A stretch of 64,000 nucleotides of DNA from a bacterium (GTDB lineage: Bacteria > Verrucomicrobiota > Verrucomicrobiia > Verrucomicrobiales > V1-33), in assembly GCA_031411255.1 (NCBI GenBank), contig JANOAS010000288.1, forward strand, positions 2,776 to 66,775, read 5' to 3'. Numbering within the stretch: the stretch's first letter is position 1; the number at the start of each line of letters is the position of its first letter. The notes under the pieces were generated by a model that saw only the letters and a program-made list of their open reading frames with translations, made no database searches and was not told the DNA's origin. Positions 46,777-57,101 of this stretch are shown in pieces. The position numbers and the translations under genes are program-made.

Positions 46777-49700
46777 CTACGGCACAGCCACACCGCGCAG
46801 AAATACCCGCCGGGTGCCTGCGGGAACAGGCACATCCGCCGTACCGGTACCATCAGTGGCGGTGGTGAAGGTGGCCGCATCGGACCAGGAGACCAGATCG
46901 GGAGAGGTCTGTACTTTGTACGGAGCCGCCGGCGTGCCGGTGAAGCTGGCTCGGATCTGCGCACCACCAGCCAACAGAGTGACGTCGGCCGGCTGCGGAG
47001 CCTCGGCAATGAAGTGGGCCATGACAGCGGCAGGACCAGCCAGCGTGAGGGTGGCGTTCGCATTTCCACCCGCAGCCGCCCCGGTCCAGCCGGTAAAGAT
47101 CCAGCCCGGACGCGCCACCGCCTGCAGGCGGAGCGGGATGCCGGTGAACCACGGCGCAGTCAGGGGGAACGTGCCCGCCCCCGCCCCGCCGCCGCCGAAC
47201 TCATGTTCCATGACGCGGATCGTTCCACGCCCGGCTGCGCCATTGTCCGCGTCCAGCGTGAGCGCCGCCTGGACCAGGCTGTACTGGGAAATGAAGTGCG
47301 CCCTGACTGCCTCTGCGCGCTGCTGGGCGAAGGCGCGGATCACCCCCACCTGGCTTCGCCAACCGGCCACCGTTCCGTAGGCCGGCTGCCAGCGGCGCGT
47401 GTGCTCGTCCATGCCGGGGAGGAGTTCGCCCTCCATCTGATCCACCAGGGAAACGGCGGCACCGGGGCTGAAGCGCGAGTTCAGCAGAGTGGCCGCAGTC
47501 TGGATGAATTCGTCGCGTGCCGCCGGATTCTGCAGCAGAGAGCGCAGCACCTGCGTGCCCCACGTCTGCGGGACGGCCGCCCGCCCGTTCGGCGCCAGGG
47601 CGACCGCCAGCGTGTTCTCCGCCACACCCGCACTCCACGGGTGCCCGCAGCCGAGGTCCACATCAAACATGAACCACCGCCACCGCCCGTCGCGCCCGCG
47701 GCCCTGCAGCGGATCGTTCACCGCCATCCGCCGCCGCCACACGCGGATGTTGTTCTGCGGCCAGTCGGCATTGGCCAGGTAGATCTCCTCGAGAAAGTAG
47801 CGCAGGCATTCCGCCACATCGACACGTGCCGCGACGTAGTCGTAGTCCGCCTGCACCGCCAGGTCGTGCGTGGCACAGTAGCTGAGCAGATCAGTGAACG
47901 GCTGCGCGTCCGCCGGCAACCCGCTCTCCAGCGAGCCCGGGCCGGAGAGGATGACGGCCTCGTCGTCGTTGAATCCGTAGTGGGCCTGCAGATAGCGCGG
48001 GTCCTCATTTTCCCGGACCTCCAGGATGCCCCAGTACTCGCCGTCCAGGTAGACGGAGGCCGGGCGGGAACTCATGACATCCAGGCCCGCGTCCTGGCAG
48101 AGACGGGCGGCAAAGGAATCGCGCATCATGGCGTAGTCCCAGTCGTTGCCGAAGTTGCGCAGGCGCAGGTGGCGGAAATCCTCGAGAGGCGTGCCGTCGC
48201 CGCGCTTCATCAGGCCGGGAAAGACTGCGTAGCCGATGCTGTTGTCCACGCCCGCCTGGCCGCGCGCCTTCACGCCGAAACTTTTTTGCCGGAACGAGCG
48301 CGAAGACTGCCCCTGGATGTCCAGGCCGACCGGTTCGCCCCACGCCCTCGTGCCCGCAGCCGCACCGGGCGTGCCGGTGGCAGGCCAGGGCTCGAACCAT
48401 TCCAGGTGCGCCGGACGCTCCCACGCCACTCCGCGCTGCGTGTAGTTGGCCGGCGTGTGGCCGGTCAGCGGTTCTCCGGGGTGTGCGGCTGTGTAGTCGG
48501 AGAAAATCCTGCCCAGCATGTAGATGCCCTCGTTGAAATCAAAGAGCCCGGCCTGCGTGCTGGCGATGGAGAGTACCGGCAGCCCGTCCGCCCGGGGACC
48601 GTCCGCACCGGCGAAAAACGTCTGCGTGCCAACCGGCCCGGGAGGTGCTCCGGCGCGGAAGGCACGCGCCCGCACCACGGTGGCCTTCCGCACTTCGCCC
48701 ACCGGCGGCTTCCACCCGTCCGTGTGCTGGTTTGCCGTGGATGTACCCTGGATGAGTGAAAGGACGTTCGGCTGGCCTGCCTTGCTGCTGATGACCAGCG
48801 GCGCGGTGAACACAGGCGAGCTGTCCACCGGATCCGAACCATCAAGCGTGTACCGGATCGTCACCCCGGCCTCCGGACTCGTCAGCGCCACTGGCGGGGG
48901 CGTCGCGTAGAACCCGCCTCGTGCAGAGAAAGACGGCTTCTCAAAGACGATGCTCTCCCACGCGGGAAACAGGGAGTTTGTTTTCCCCGGGGAGGCCGTG
49001 GTGAAAAACTTCCACGCCCCAGTGCCATTGGGGAAGCGCCCGTAGGTCACATCCTGGCTCAGACGGACGGCTGCCGCGCTGTCCGCGAGAGTGAGGTCCG
49101 GCCTCGTCAGAAAGACCGCCTCCCCGGCGGCTTTCAGCTGGAAATTTGTGTGCAGCGGAGCCCCGGCCACGGCGCGGTTTTTGTCCGAGAGAAAAACCAG
49201 CAGATGCCGCCGCCCGGCCAGCACGGTCCCGGCGGGGAAGACCCACTTCATCGGCTGGCCCGCCGCATCGCTCAGCCCCCAGCCGTAGAGGGCTGCCGGA
49301 GCGTCACCATTGTTGTACAGTTCGATCCAGTCCGGCGTGGCACCGTCCTCGTCCGTCAGGGATCCGTCGTTCTCCGCGCAGACTTCATTGATCACCACTC
49401 CGCCGCCGTGCACGACTGCCGGCCCGGTGATGGCGTCCACGTCAAAGATCCGCCCGCCGGATGACGTGGTGCGGGTGAACTCAATCCGGAAGTCATCGCC
49501 CGTCACCGCTCCGTCGGCAAAGAGTCTCGTGACCGCGCCGTCGAATCCATTGTTGTCGAAACAATCGACCACCACCCCCTCCACGAGAAACTGGACCATC
49601 TCCGTGTCCCGGTTCGCCGTCACTCCGTCGCCCGAGAGCACGAGTCGAAATCCCGCCAGGCTCAGCGGCTGGCTCGTGTGCCACTGAATGAAGTCCACAA

Positions 49701-50553
49701 ACTCCCCGCCGTTCCCCACGACCAGATCCCCATTGTCCGGGCTGCCTCCGTCGCCAAAAATGAAATCTTCCGGTTCCACGGGACCGTTTTTATTTCCGAA
49801 GGCGTCCTCCACCGCATCCGTGCCGAGCACCCGGCCGCTGACGGTGAACCCGGACGCCATCCCCGGGCCCTCATCATCACGCACCGCTCCACCGCGGCCT
49901 GTGTAGGTGTTGCTCGTCGCATTAAAGGCCAGCCGGTCAAGGAAGACTGGCTCGGGTGCCGTGGATATGGTGCCCGCCGCATCCAGCTCGATCACCCGCG
50001 GCCCGCCGCCCGTCAGACGCGCGATCTCCAGCCGGAAGGCGCGCACATTTGCCGTCGTTCCAGTCAGCGCAGTGTCGGCAATGAGGAGTGGCGCATTCGC
50101 ATTCATCCCGCCCGCCGCCAGCGGAATGCCCCCGCCCGAAACCTGGGAAAACGCCACTCCGTCCTGGCTGGCAAAAAGTTTAAACGACCCGCAGCCGCGG
50201 AAGGCGCTCCCCGCCCCGTCCTGCGCCATGCGCAATTCAAAGGACGACAGATTGATCCACCCGGGTGTCTGCCACTCCACCACGTCCACGTAGCCGGCAC
50301 CCGGCCCGTCGGCGAAGATCGCGTTGCCCGGCTCCACCCACGCACCGCTCGACGGCAGGCCGAAAATCTGGCGCGTGTCGGAATTGCCCGCTCCGTTGTG
50401 CTGGTTGGTCGAGTGGATGACGAGCGCACTCTGGGAAACGTCGAACCGGTCCGTGCTGGAGCCGGCAGACGGGTTCGTGGAAAAAACAGGCGCAGCTCCC
50501 GCAATGGGGCCGCAGACCAGAAGCAGCGCGGCTGCCAGGGTGGGGGTTTTCAT
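46777..50553 (-). CDS. Secreted CotH-family kinase with tandem unknown domains, lamin-tail (LTD) and FN3-associated domains
   Basis: INEVCA...DWIELYN (LTD); IRYTLDGSDP; QGQSS...KSF; LDGEYWG; NADWPQNN; MFDVD. Confidence 0.88.
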   Translation of the reverse strand: MKTPTLAAALLLVCGPIAGAAPVFSTNPSAGSSTDRFDVSQSALVIHSTNQHNGAGNSDTRQIFGLPSSGAWVEPGNAIFADGPGAGYVDVVEWQTPGWINLSSFELRMAQDGAGSAFRGCGSFKLFASQDGVAFSQVSGGGIPLAAGGMNANAPLLIADTALTGTTANVRAFRLEIARLTGGGPRVIELDAAGTISTAPEPVFLDRLAFNATSNTYTGRGGAVRDDEGPGMASGFTVSGRVLGTDAVEDAFGNKNGPVEPEDFIFGDGGSPDNGDLVVGNGGEFVDFIQWHTSQPLSLAGFRLVLSGDGVTANRDTEMVQFLVEGVVVDCFDNNGFDGAVTRLFADGAVTGDDFRIEFTRTTSSGGRIFDVDAITGPAVVHGGGVVINEVCAENDGSLTDEDGATPDWIELYNNGDAPAALYGWGLSDAAGQPMKWVFPAGTVLAGRRHLLVFLSDKNRAVAGAPLHTNFQLKAAGEAVFLTRPDLTLADSAAAVRLSQDVTYGRFPNGTGAWKFFTTASPGKTNSLFPAWESIVFEKPSFSARGGFYATPPPVALTSPEAGVTIRYTLDGSDPVDSSPVFTAPLVISSKAGQPNVLSLIQGTSTANQHTDGWKPPVGEVRKATVVRARAFRAGAPPGPVGTQTFFAGADGPRADGLPVLSIASTQAGLFDFNEGIYMLGRIFSDYTAAHPGEPLTGHTPANYTQRGVAWERPAHLEWFEPWPATGTPGAAAGTRAWGEPVGLDIQGQSSRSFRQKSFGVKARGQAGVDNSIGYAVFPGLMKRGDGTPLEDFRHLRLRNFGNDWDYAMMRDSFAARLCQDAGLDVMSSRPASVYLDGEYWGILEVRENEDPRYLQAHYGFNDDEAVILSGPGSLESGLPADAQPFTDLLSYCATHDLAVQADYDYVAARVDVAECLRYFLEEIYLANADWPQNNIRVWRRRMAVNDPLQGRGRDGRWRWFMFDVDLGCGHPWSAGVAENTLAVALAPNGRAAVPQTWGTQVLRSLLQNPAARDEFIQTAATLLNSRFSPGAAVSLVDQMEGELLPGMDEHTRRWQPAYGTVAGWRSQVGVIRAFAQQRAEAVRAHFISQYSLVQAALTLDADNGAAGRGTIRVMEHEFGGGGAGAGTFPLTAPWFTGIPLRLQAVARPGWIFTGWTGAAAGGNANATLTLAGPAAVMAHFIAEAPQPADVTLLAGGAQIRASFTGTPAAPYKVQTSPDLVSWSDAATFTTATDGTGTADVPVPAGTRRVFLRGVAVP

Positions 50554-50582
50554 GGGATGGTGGGAGTCCGCCAGACAGAGGG

Positions 50583-51779
50583 CTAGCAGCGGCGGCGGCG
50601 GCGCAGCACCGCCACAAGGCCCGCGATGCCGAGCAGTGCGGAGGAAGGCTCCGGCACCGGCACCACACCGAGGATGCCGTCGATTTCAAAAATCCGTGCA
50701 CCGCCCGACGTCGTGCGGGTGAACTCAATGCGGAAGTCATCCCCCACCACCGCCCCTCCGGGAAAAAGACGCGTCACATCACCGTCGAATCCGTTGTTGT
50801 CGAAGAGATCCACCTGCACCCCCTCCACCAGGAAGCGGACCAGCTCCGTGTCGCGGAATGGATTGCCACCGCCGTCGCCGGTCAGCCCCATTTTGAACCC
50901 TGCCAGCGTCACCGGTGCTGTCGTGCTCCATGAGATGAAGTCCACATACTCCCCTCCATCGCCGAGGATGGAGTTCCCATTGTCCGGCGTGCCGCCGTCC
51001 GCAAAAATGAAATTCCCCGGCTCGATGGGGCCGTTCGAGTTCCCGAATGCCTCCGTCACATCATCCGCATTGCCCGCCACACTGGGACTGCTGAGGAAGC
51101 CCGTGGCCGAGCCCGGCGCCTCGTCATCGCCCGCCTGTCCCGTATAGGCCGCATTCGTGTTTGAGTTGAAGACAAGCCGGTCCAGGTAGTTCGCCACCTG
51201 CGTCGTCACGATGCCCGTGCCGTCTATTTCCACAAACCGCGGACCGGCGGCCGAATTGCGCGTCACCTCCAGCCGGAACCCCCTCACGCTCGCCGCCGCA
51301 CCCGGCGCCGGGTCTGTGATGAGAAGCGCCGGGTTCACCATGGACGAGCCCGGCCCGCCCGTCAGCGGCACCGCGCCGCTCGAGATGGACGTGTAGTTCA
51401 CCCCGTCCTGTGTGGCCAGCAGGTTGTAGGCTGCCGTGCCACGGTTCGGGCTCGCCCCGTCCTGGGAAAAGCGGATCTCCACTCCGGAAATATTGACCCA
51501 GTTTGCCGTCTGCCACTCCACCACGTCCACCGAGCCGATGCCCGGACCGTCTTGAAAAATCACATTCCCTCCCTCCACCCCGCCATTCCCGCCAAAGGCC
51601 TCCCGGATGTCCTCCCCGCCAAAGGGCAGCACACCAGTGGTCTGGATCACCCTCGCCCCCTGAGAGATGTCGAACAAATCCGTCGTCACCCCGCCCCCCG
51701 AATCTGAGGAAAAGGTGGGCGCCGCCTGGGCTATTGCGGCTGTTGCGAGGAAAAAAATGGCTGACGGGGTTCTTGTCAT
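50583..51779 (-). CDS. PEP-CTERM surface protein with a tandem unknown (discoidin-like) domain
   Basis: Signal peptide; C-terminal VPEPSSALLGIAGLVAVLRRRRR. Confidence 0.9.
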   Translation of the reverse strand: MTRTPSAIFFLATAAIAQAAPTFSSDSGGGVTTDLFDISQGARVIQTTGVLPFGGEDIREAFGGNGGVEGGNVIFQDGPGIGSVDVVEWQTANWVNISGVEIRFSQDGASPNRGTAAYNLLATQDGVNYTSISSGAVPLTGGPGSSMVNPALLITDPAPGAAASVRGFRLEVTRNSAAGPRFVEIDGTGIVTTQVANYLDRLVFNSNTNAAYTGQAGDDEAPGSATGFLSSPSVAGNADDVTEAFGNSNGPIEPGNFIFADGGTPDNGNSILGDGGEYVDFISWSTTAPVTLAGFKMGLTGDGGGNPFRDTELVRFLVEGVQVDLFDNNGFDGDVTRLFPGGAVVGDDFRIEFTRTTSGGARIFEIDGILGVVPVPEPSSALLGIAGLVAVLRRRRRC

Positions 51780-51942
51780 GGTCGGGTTATTTCAAATTTG
51801 TCACAGCGGGTCAAGACTTTTTGCCGACAGACTTTTTCCGGCAGGAAATTTGGCTGCCGCGCCCATCCTTTTCCGAACAGGGCGGGCGCTCCGCGAAATC
51901 ATAAAACCAATCCATCGCTCCACCACGGCTCATTCGCGGAAT

Positions 51943-52272
51943 TCAGGCCGTCCTGCGATGCCTCCTCACTACCATTCGCCGCCACCAGCGCACCAGATCC
52001 ACCAGCGCCCCCGCAGCCACCCACTGGGGCAGCGGAGCGGCATACACGAAGAAAGCAAACTCAATGTCGCTTAAAGGAGAATACTCGAAAACGAACTTCG
52101 AGGACCAGTAAAGAATCCCCAGCAGATTTCCGTCGCCTTGAAACGGAAGGTTGCAAAGCACAGTCGTTAGCACCACCGATCCGAGCGCCGTGCAGCACAA
52201 CGTAAAGAAAAACGGACCCAGGCGAGAACCCGGCGTCCCGCCATCCCCGGCCTCTGGCTGCGCGGTCATCAT
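51943..52272 (-). CDS. Hypothetical membrane protein
   Basis: Two to three hydrophobic segments and an Arg-rich tail; start uncertain. Confidence 0.5.
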   Translation of the reverse strand: MMTAQPEAGDGGTPGSRLGPFFFTLCCTALGSVVLTTVLCNLPFQGDGNLLGILYWSSKFVFEYSPLSDIEFAFFVYAAPLPQWVAAGALVDLVRWWRRMVVRRHRRTA

Positions 52273-52372
52273 CTTCGCCAGCCTACGCCACACCGCCCAC
52301 ACCGCAACGCAATTTCCCGGACAGCAACTGCCCCCCTTGCCTCGGAGCGGAATGCCGGTTAGATTGTCAAGA

Positions 52373-52603
52373 GTGACTGCAATCTTGGACAATCAAGGCC
52401 GCCTCGTGCTGCCACCCGAAATCAACGCCGAAGTGCAGGCGCTCCCTGCCAGGCGTTTCGATGTCAGGGTGTCCAAATCGGGTGTGATCATGCTCCGCCC
52501 TGAACGGAAGCCCGCCCGTTCCCTCGTGGAAAGCTTCGCTGCGCTGCGCGGACTGGAAATCGCACCCCGCCGGGACCCGATCCCGCAGCCACCTGCGTTG
52601 TGA
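52373..52603 (+). CDS. AbrB/SpoVT-type VapB-like antitoxin
   Basis: GTG start; ILDNQGRLVLPPEI AbrB motif; overlaps the vapC start. Confidence 0.72.
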   Translation: MTAILDNQGRLVLPPEINAEVQALPARRFDVRVSKSGVIMLRPERKPARSLVESFAALRGLEIAPRRDPIPQPPAL

Positions 52604-53007
52604 AGTTCCTGCTCGACACCAACATCGTGTCCGAGCTGATGAAGGCCGCCCCTGACCCTGGGGTGGTCTCATGGGTGGATAAACACGATGTAGACACCAT
52701 GCTCTGCTCACTTGTGCTGGCAGAACTCGCCTCCGGCATCGAGGCACTGGAAAATGGCCGGCGGAAGGTTGAGCTTCTGAAAGAACTCCGGTTTGTGCAG
52801 GAGGACTACAGCGGGCGCATTTTGCCATTCGATGAGTCAGCAGCTTGGGAATGGGCCAGATACACCCAAGCTGCCAGAAAAGCCGGATTCTCCCCACCGC
52901 TGCTCGACAGCCAGATCGCAGCCATCGCCAGGGACTGGGGACTACAGGTGGTGTCACGAAATGAGGACGATTTCCCCTTGATGGATGTGGTCAACCCTTT
53001 CGCTTAG
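52600..53007 (+). CDS. vapC: VapC PIN-domain toxin
   Basis: LLDTNIVSE; LAELASG; LDSQIAAIA; VSRNEDDF. Confidence 0.92.
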   Translation: MKFLLDTNIVSELMKAAPDPGVVSWVDKHDVDTMLCSLVLAELASGIEALENGRRKVELLKELRFVQEDYSGRILPFDESAAWEWARYTQAARKAGFSPPLLDSQIAAIARDWGLQVVSRNEDDFPLMDVVNPFA

Positions 53008-53276
53008 CGACTCGGACGGAATCAAACAGCCAAAGGTCGCGCACCATTTCCGGAGTCTGGCGAGACGCCAAGATTCTGACCTGCAGGGCAATCGCCAGCA
53101 TAGTGGTGCCCTGCGCCAGCCTGATCAGCGCTACCTGGTGCACCAGATCTGCCTGCCCCCAAGTCAACAGGCATCGCCACATCCCCCGCAAAACAATTTC
53201 CTGTCGCCCGCCCGCTCCGGGGTAAACTGGTGGCCTTCCGCGCTGCGGTGTCCCATTTTTTTGCCCCTCCCGATTC

Positions 53277-56129
53277 ATGGCCCAATCACTCTACCTCCTC
53301 GATGGCATGGCGCTCGTTTACCGGGCGCACTTCGCCTTCATGCGCACGCCCATCATGACCTCCAGCGGGGTGAATACCTCCGCGCTCTACGGGTTCACGA
53401 ATGCGCTTGTCGAGCTGGTGAAAAACCGGAAGCCCACCCACCTGGCGCTTGTCTTTGACACCAGCGCCCCCACCCAGCGGCACGTCGAATTTCCCGCCTA
53501 CAAGGCCCAGCGCGAGTCCATGCCCGAGGACCTCTCTGCCATGCTGCCGCACGTACGCCGGATGGCGGAGGCGTTCAATGTGCCCGTCATCGCAATGGAC
53601 GGCTACGAGGCGGACGACGTCATCGGCACTCTCGCCCGCCGGGCGGAAAACACCGGAGACTTCACCACCTTCATGGTCACGCCGGACAAGGACTTTGGCC
53701 AGCTCGTGGACGAGAAGACTTTCATCTACAAGCCGGGCCCCGCCGGCGATGCCGAAATCCTCGGCGTGAAGGAAGTCTGCGAACGCTGGGAGATCACGAA
53801 CGTGCTCCAGGTCATCGACATTCTCGGGCTCTGGGGGGACGCGGTGGACAACATCCCGGGCATCCCCGGCTTCGGTGAAAAAACGGCCAAAGCACTCATC
53901 GGGAAATACGGCAGCATCGAGAACCTCATCGCCCACGCCGATGAACTGAAGGGCAAGCAGCAGGAAAAAGTGCGCGAGTTTGGCGACCAGGCCCTGCTCT
54001 CAAAACGGCTGGCCACCATCGACCTCGCCGTGCCCGTCACCCTCTCGCTTGACGAACTGAAGTGCCACCCGATGGACGAGGAAAAAGTCCGCGCCCTCAT
54101 GGTCGAGTTTGAGTTCAACAGCCTGGGCAAGCGCCTCTTTGGCCCGGACTTCTCCGCCGGCCGCAGCGCCGCCACCCGCTCCACCCAGAGTGCGAAACCA
54201 GCCGCCGCCCCCGCTGCGGAGGACGACCTGCTCGCCGGCCTGCGCCCGCCTGGCAGCGATGCCCCCGACTCGCCCGCACCAGCTCCGGTGCAGGGCACTC
54301 CGCACGCCACCATCAAGGACACGCCCCACACCTACCGCATCGCCGCCACGGCGGAGGAGCGTGCGGACCTCATCGCCCAGCTCCAGGCGCAGCCCCGCTT
54401 CTGCTTCGACACGGAGACCTCCAGCCTGGACGAAAAGCTCGCGTCGCTCGTCGGCCTCGCCTTTTCCTGGGAGGCCCACACCGGCTGGTACGTGCCCATC
54501 CCGCCCGCCTCCGCAGGCCTCGCCGTGCTTCAGGAGTTTGCCCCGTTGCTGACGAACCCCGCCATCGAAAAAGTCGGCCACAACCTCAAATTCGACCTCA
54601 ATGTTCTCGCCTGGAATGGCATCGAAGCCGCGGGCCCGTTCTTCGACACCATGCTCGCCCACGCCCTCCTGGAGCCCGACCAGCGGCACGGCATGGATTT
54701 CCTCTCCGAGGTCTACCTCAACTACACGCCCGTCCCCATCTCCGCCCTCATCGGCAGCAAGAAGGATGAAGGCGGCCAGCTTTCCATGCTGGACGTGGCA
54801 GCAGAGTCGCCCGAGACCATCGCCGAGTACGCTGCCGAGGACGCGGACATCACCTGGCAGCTCGCCGCCGTGCTCCGCCCGCTCCTGGAGGAAAAAGGCC
54901 TGCACCGCGTCTTCTTCGACATCGAGTCGCCGCTCCTCCCCGTGCTTGCCGCAGTGGAACGGGCGGGCTTCCTGGTGGATGTGAAGGTCCTCCTCCACCT
55001 CAGCCAGGATCTGGCCAAACTGCTGCGCACCCTGGAGACGGACATCCAGGCCCTGGCCGGCGGCCCGTTTAATCTTAACAGCCCGAAGCAGCTGGGCGAG
55101 GTGCTTTTCAACCGGCTCAAGCTCTCCGACAAGCCGAAGAAAACCAAGACAGGCCAGTACCAGACCAACGAGGAGACGCTCCAGACCCTGGCGGGCAGCC
55201 ACCCGATCATCGAAAAAATCCTCGACTACCGCGAGAGCGCCAAGCTCAAAAGCACCTACGTCGATTCCCTGCCGCACGACATTTCACCACGCACCGGCCG
55301 TGTCCACACCAGCTTCATGCAGGTCGTCACCGCCACCGGCCGCCTCGCCTCCAGCGATCCGAATCTCCAAAACATTCCCATCCGCACGCCCATGGGCCGC
55401 GAGGTGCGCCGGGCTTTCATCGCGCCAGAGGGGCTGGAGCTGCTCTGCGCAGACTACTCCCAGGTGGAGCTGCGCGTCATGGCCGCCCTCAGCGGAGACC
55501 CCGGCATGAGGAAGGCCTTTGCCGAGGGGCTGGACATTCACGCCGCCACCGCCTCCAGCGTCTACGGCGTGCCGCTCGACCTCCTGCTGCCGGAGATGCG
55601 CCGCGCGGCCAAGATGGTGAACTTCGGCATCATTTATGGCATCAGCGCCTTCGGTCTCGCCCAGCGCCTGGCCATCCCGCGGGAGGAGGCCCGCACCATC
55701 ATCGAGGGCTACTTCACCCAGTATCCCGGCGTGAAGCGCTACATGGACGACACCATCGCCAGCGCCCGGAAAACCGGCTTCGTCGAAACCCTCACCGGCC
55801 GCCGCCGTTTCCTGCGCGACATCAATTCCGCCAACGCCACCGTCCGCGGAGCCGCCGAGCGTGTCGCCATCAACACCCCCATTCAGGGCACCGCGGCAGA
55901 CCTCATCAAGATCGCCATGACCCGCATCGCCGATGCGCTCAAAAAGGACGGCCTGAAAACCCGCATGGTCCTCCAGGTCCACGACGAACTCGTCTTCGAA
56001 GTCCCGCCCGCCGAAAAAGAGGCCGCGCAAGCCCTCGTCACCCACCACATGCAAAACGCCCTCCCCCTCGACGGCGTCCCCGTCGTCGTCGACTGCGGCT
56101 TCGGAAAAACCTGGCTGGACGCGCACTAA
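53277..56129 (+). CDS. polA: DNA polymerase I
   Basis: 5'-3' exonuclease (YEADD, DNIPG); 3'-5' exonuclease (DTET, NLKFD, YAAED); polymerase motifs DYSQVELR, KMVNFGIIYG, QVHDE. Confidence 0.98.
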   Translation: MAQSLYLLDGMALVYRAHFAFMRTPIMTSSGVNTSALYGFTNALVELVKNRKPTHLALVFDTSAPTQRHVEFPAYKAQRESMPEDLSAMLPHVRRMAEAFNVPVIAMDGYEADDVIGTLARRAENTGDFTTFMVTPDKDFGQLVDEKTFIYKPGPAGDAEILGVKEVCERWEITNVLQVIDILGLWGDAVDNIPGIPGFGEKTAKALIGKYGSIENLIAHADELKGKQQEKVREFGDQALLSKRLATIDLAVPVTLSLDELKCHPMDEEKVRALMVEFEFNSLGKRLFGPDFSAGRSAATRSTQSAKPAAAPAAEDDLLAGLRPPGSDAPDSPAPAPVQGTPHATIKDTPHTYRIAATAEERADLIAQLQAQPRFCFDTETSSLDEKLASLVGLAFSWEAHTGWYVPIPPASAGLAVLQEFAPLLTNPAIEKVGHNLKFDLNVLAWNGIEAAGPFFDTMLAHALLEPDQRHGMDFLSEVYLNYTPVPISALIGSKKDEGGQLSMLDVAAESPETIAEYAAEDADITWQLAAVLRPLLEEKGLHRVFFDIESPLLPVLAAVERAGFLVDVKVLLHLSQDLAKLLRTLETDIQALAGGPFNLNSPKQLGEVLFNRLKLSDKPKKTKTGQYQTNEETLQTLAGSHPIIEKILDYRESAKLKSTYVDSLPHDISPRTGRVHTSFMQVVTATGRLASSDPNLQNIPIRTPMGREVRRAFIAPEGLELLCADYSQVELRVMAALSGDPGMRKAFAEGLDIHAATASSVYGVPLDLLLPEMRRAAKMVNFGIIYGISAFGLAQRLAIPREEARTIIEGYFTQYPGVKRYMDDTIASARKTGFVETLTGRRRFLRDINSANATVRGAAERVAINTPIQGTAADLIKIAMTRIADALKKDGLKTRMVLQVHDELVFEVPPAEKEAAQALVTHHMQNALPLDGVPVVVDCGFGKTWLDAH

Positions 56130-56195
56130 TGGCCGTCCTCCTGTGAAAAACTGGCTCAAGACAGCCACGCTTTGCGCGCTGAGCCCCGCCACCGC

Positions 56196-57101
56196 CTACC
56201 CCAGCCGCTCAAACAACGCCCGCGCACTCAGCTCAGGCTGCGCAGAATCCCCCTCCGCCTCGGCGAAGCGCGGGGTGCTTGCTTCATCCGCCTCGTCAAA
56301 AACGACCGCCTTCATTTTCAGCCGCCCCGCCTCGATCCACGTGTGCAGCCCCACCGGCGTGTGGCAGCCAGCCTGGAGGAGGCGGAGAAACTCCCTCTCC
56401 GCCAGCACCGCCTGCATCGTCGGCTCGTGGTTGATCCGGGAAAAAATCTCCGCCACGCGCGCGTCGTCGCCGTAAACCTCTATCGCCACCGCCCCCTGGC
56501 TGGCGGCGGGGAGGAATTCCGTCTGCGGCAGCACCGTCACGTGCAGCCCGGCCGGCGTCAGCCCCAGGCGGTCCAGCCCGGCGCGGGCGAGCATCAGCGC
56601 GTCGATGTCCGGGGCCTCGCCCACCTTGCGCAGACGCGTGCCCACATTTCCGCGGATCTCCACCACCCGCACGTCCGGACGCATCCAGCGCAGCTGCCGC
56701 TGGCGGCGCAGGCTGCTCGTCGCCACCTTGGCCCCGTGGGGCAGCCCGGCGATCCCGCCCTCGTGTTTGGAAATTAGGACGTCATTCGTCGCCGCGCGCG
56801 GCAGCACTGCGGTCAGGTGAAAGCCCTCCGGCAGGTCCGTCGGCACGTCCTTCAGGCTGTGCACCGCTGCGTGCACGCGCCCCTCCGCGAGCGCCGTTTC
56901 CAGTTCCTTGATGAAAACCCCCTTGTCCACGCCAGGCGTCACGCCGCTCAGCCGCAGGTCCAGCCGCAGGTCACCCGTGGTGTGGATGATCTCATGCGCC
57001 ACCGCCAGCTCCGGCCACGCCGCCTCCAGCGCTTGGGTGGTTAAAATGGTTTGGGCGAGAGCGAGTTCGCTGCCGCGGGTGCCGAGGAGGATGCTTTTCA
57101 A
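56196..57101 (-). CDS. hemC: Hydroxymethylbilane synthase
   Basis: GTRGSELALAQ; KGVFIKE; VHSLKD; TSSLRR; RGNVGTR; AGCHTP. Confidence 0.96.
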   Translation of the reverse strand: MKSILLGTRGSELALAQTILTTQALEAAWPELAVAHEIIHTTGDLRLDLRLSGVTPGVDKGVFIKELETALAEGRVHAAVHSLKDVPTDLPEGFHLTAVLPRAATNDVLISKHEGGIAGLPHGAKVATSSLRRQRQLRWMRPDVRVVEIRGNVGTRLRKVGEAPDIDALMLARAGLDRLGLTPAGLHVTVLPQTEFLPAASQGAVAIEVYGDDARVAEIFSRINHEPTMQAVLAEREFLRLLQAGCHTPVGLHTWIEAGRLKMKAVVFDEADEASTPRFAEAEGDSAQPELSARALFERLG

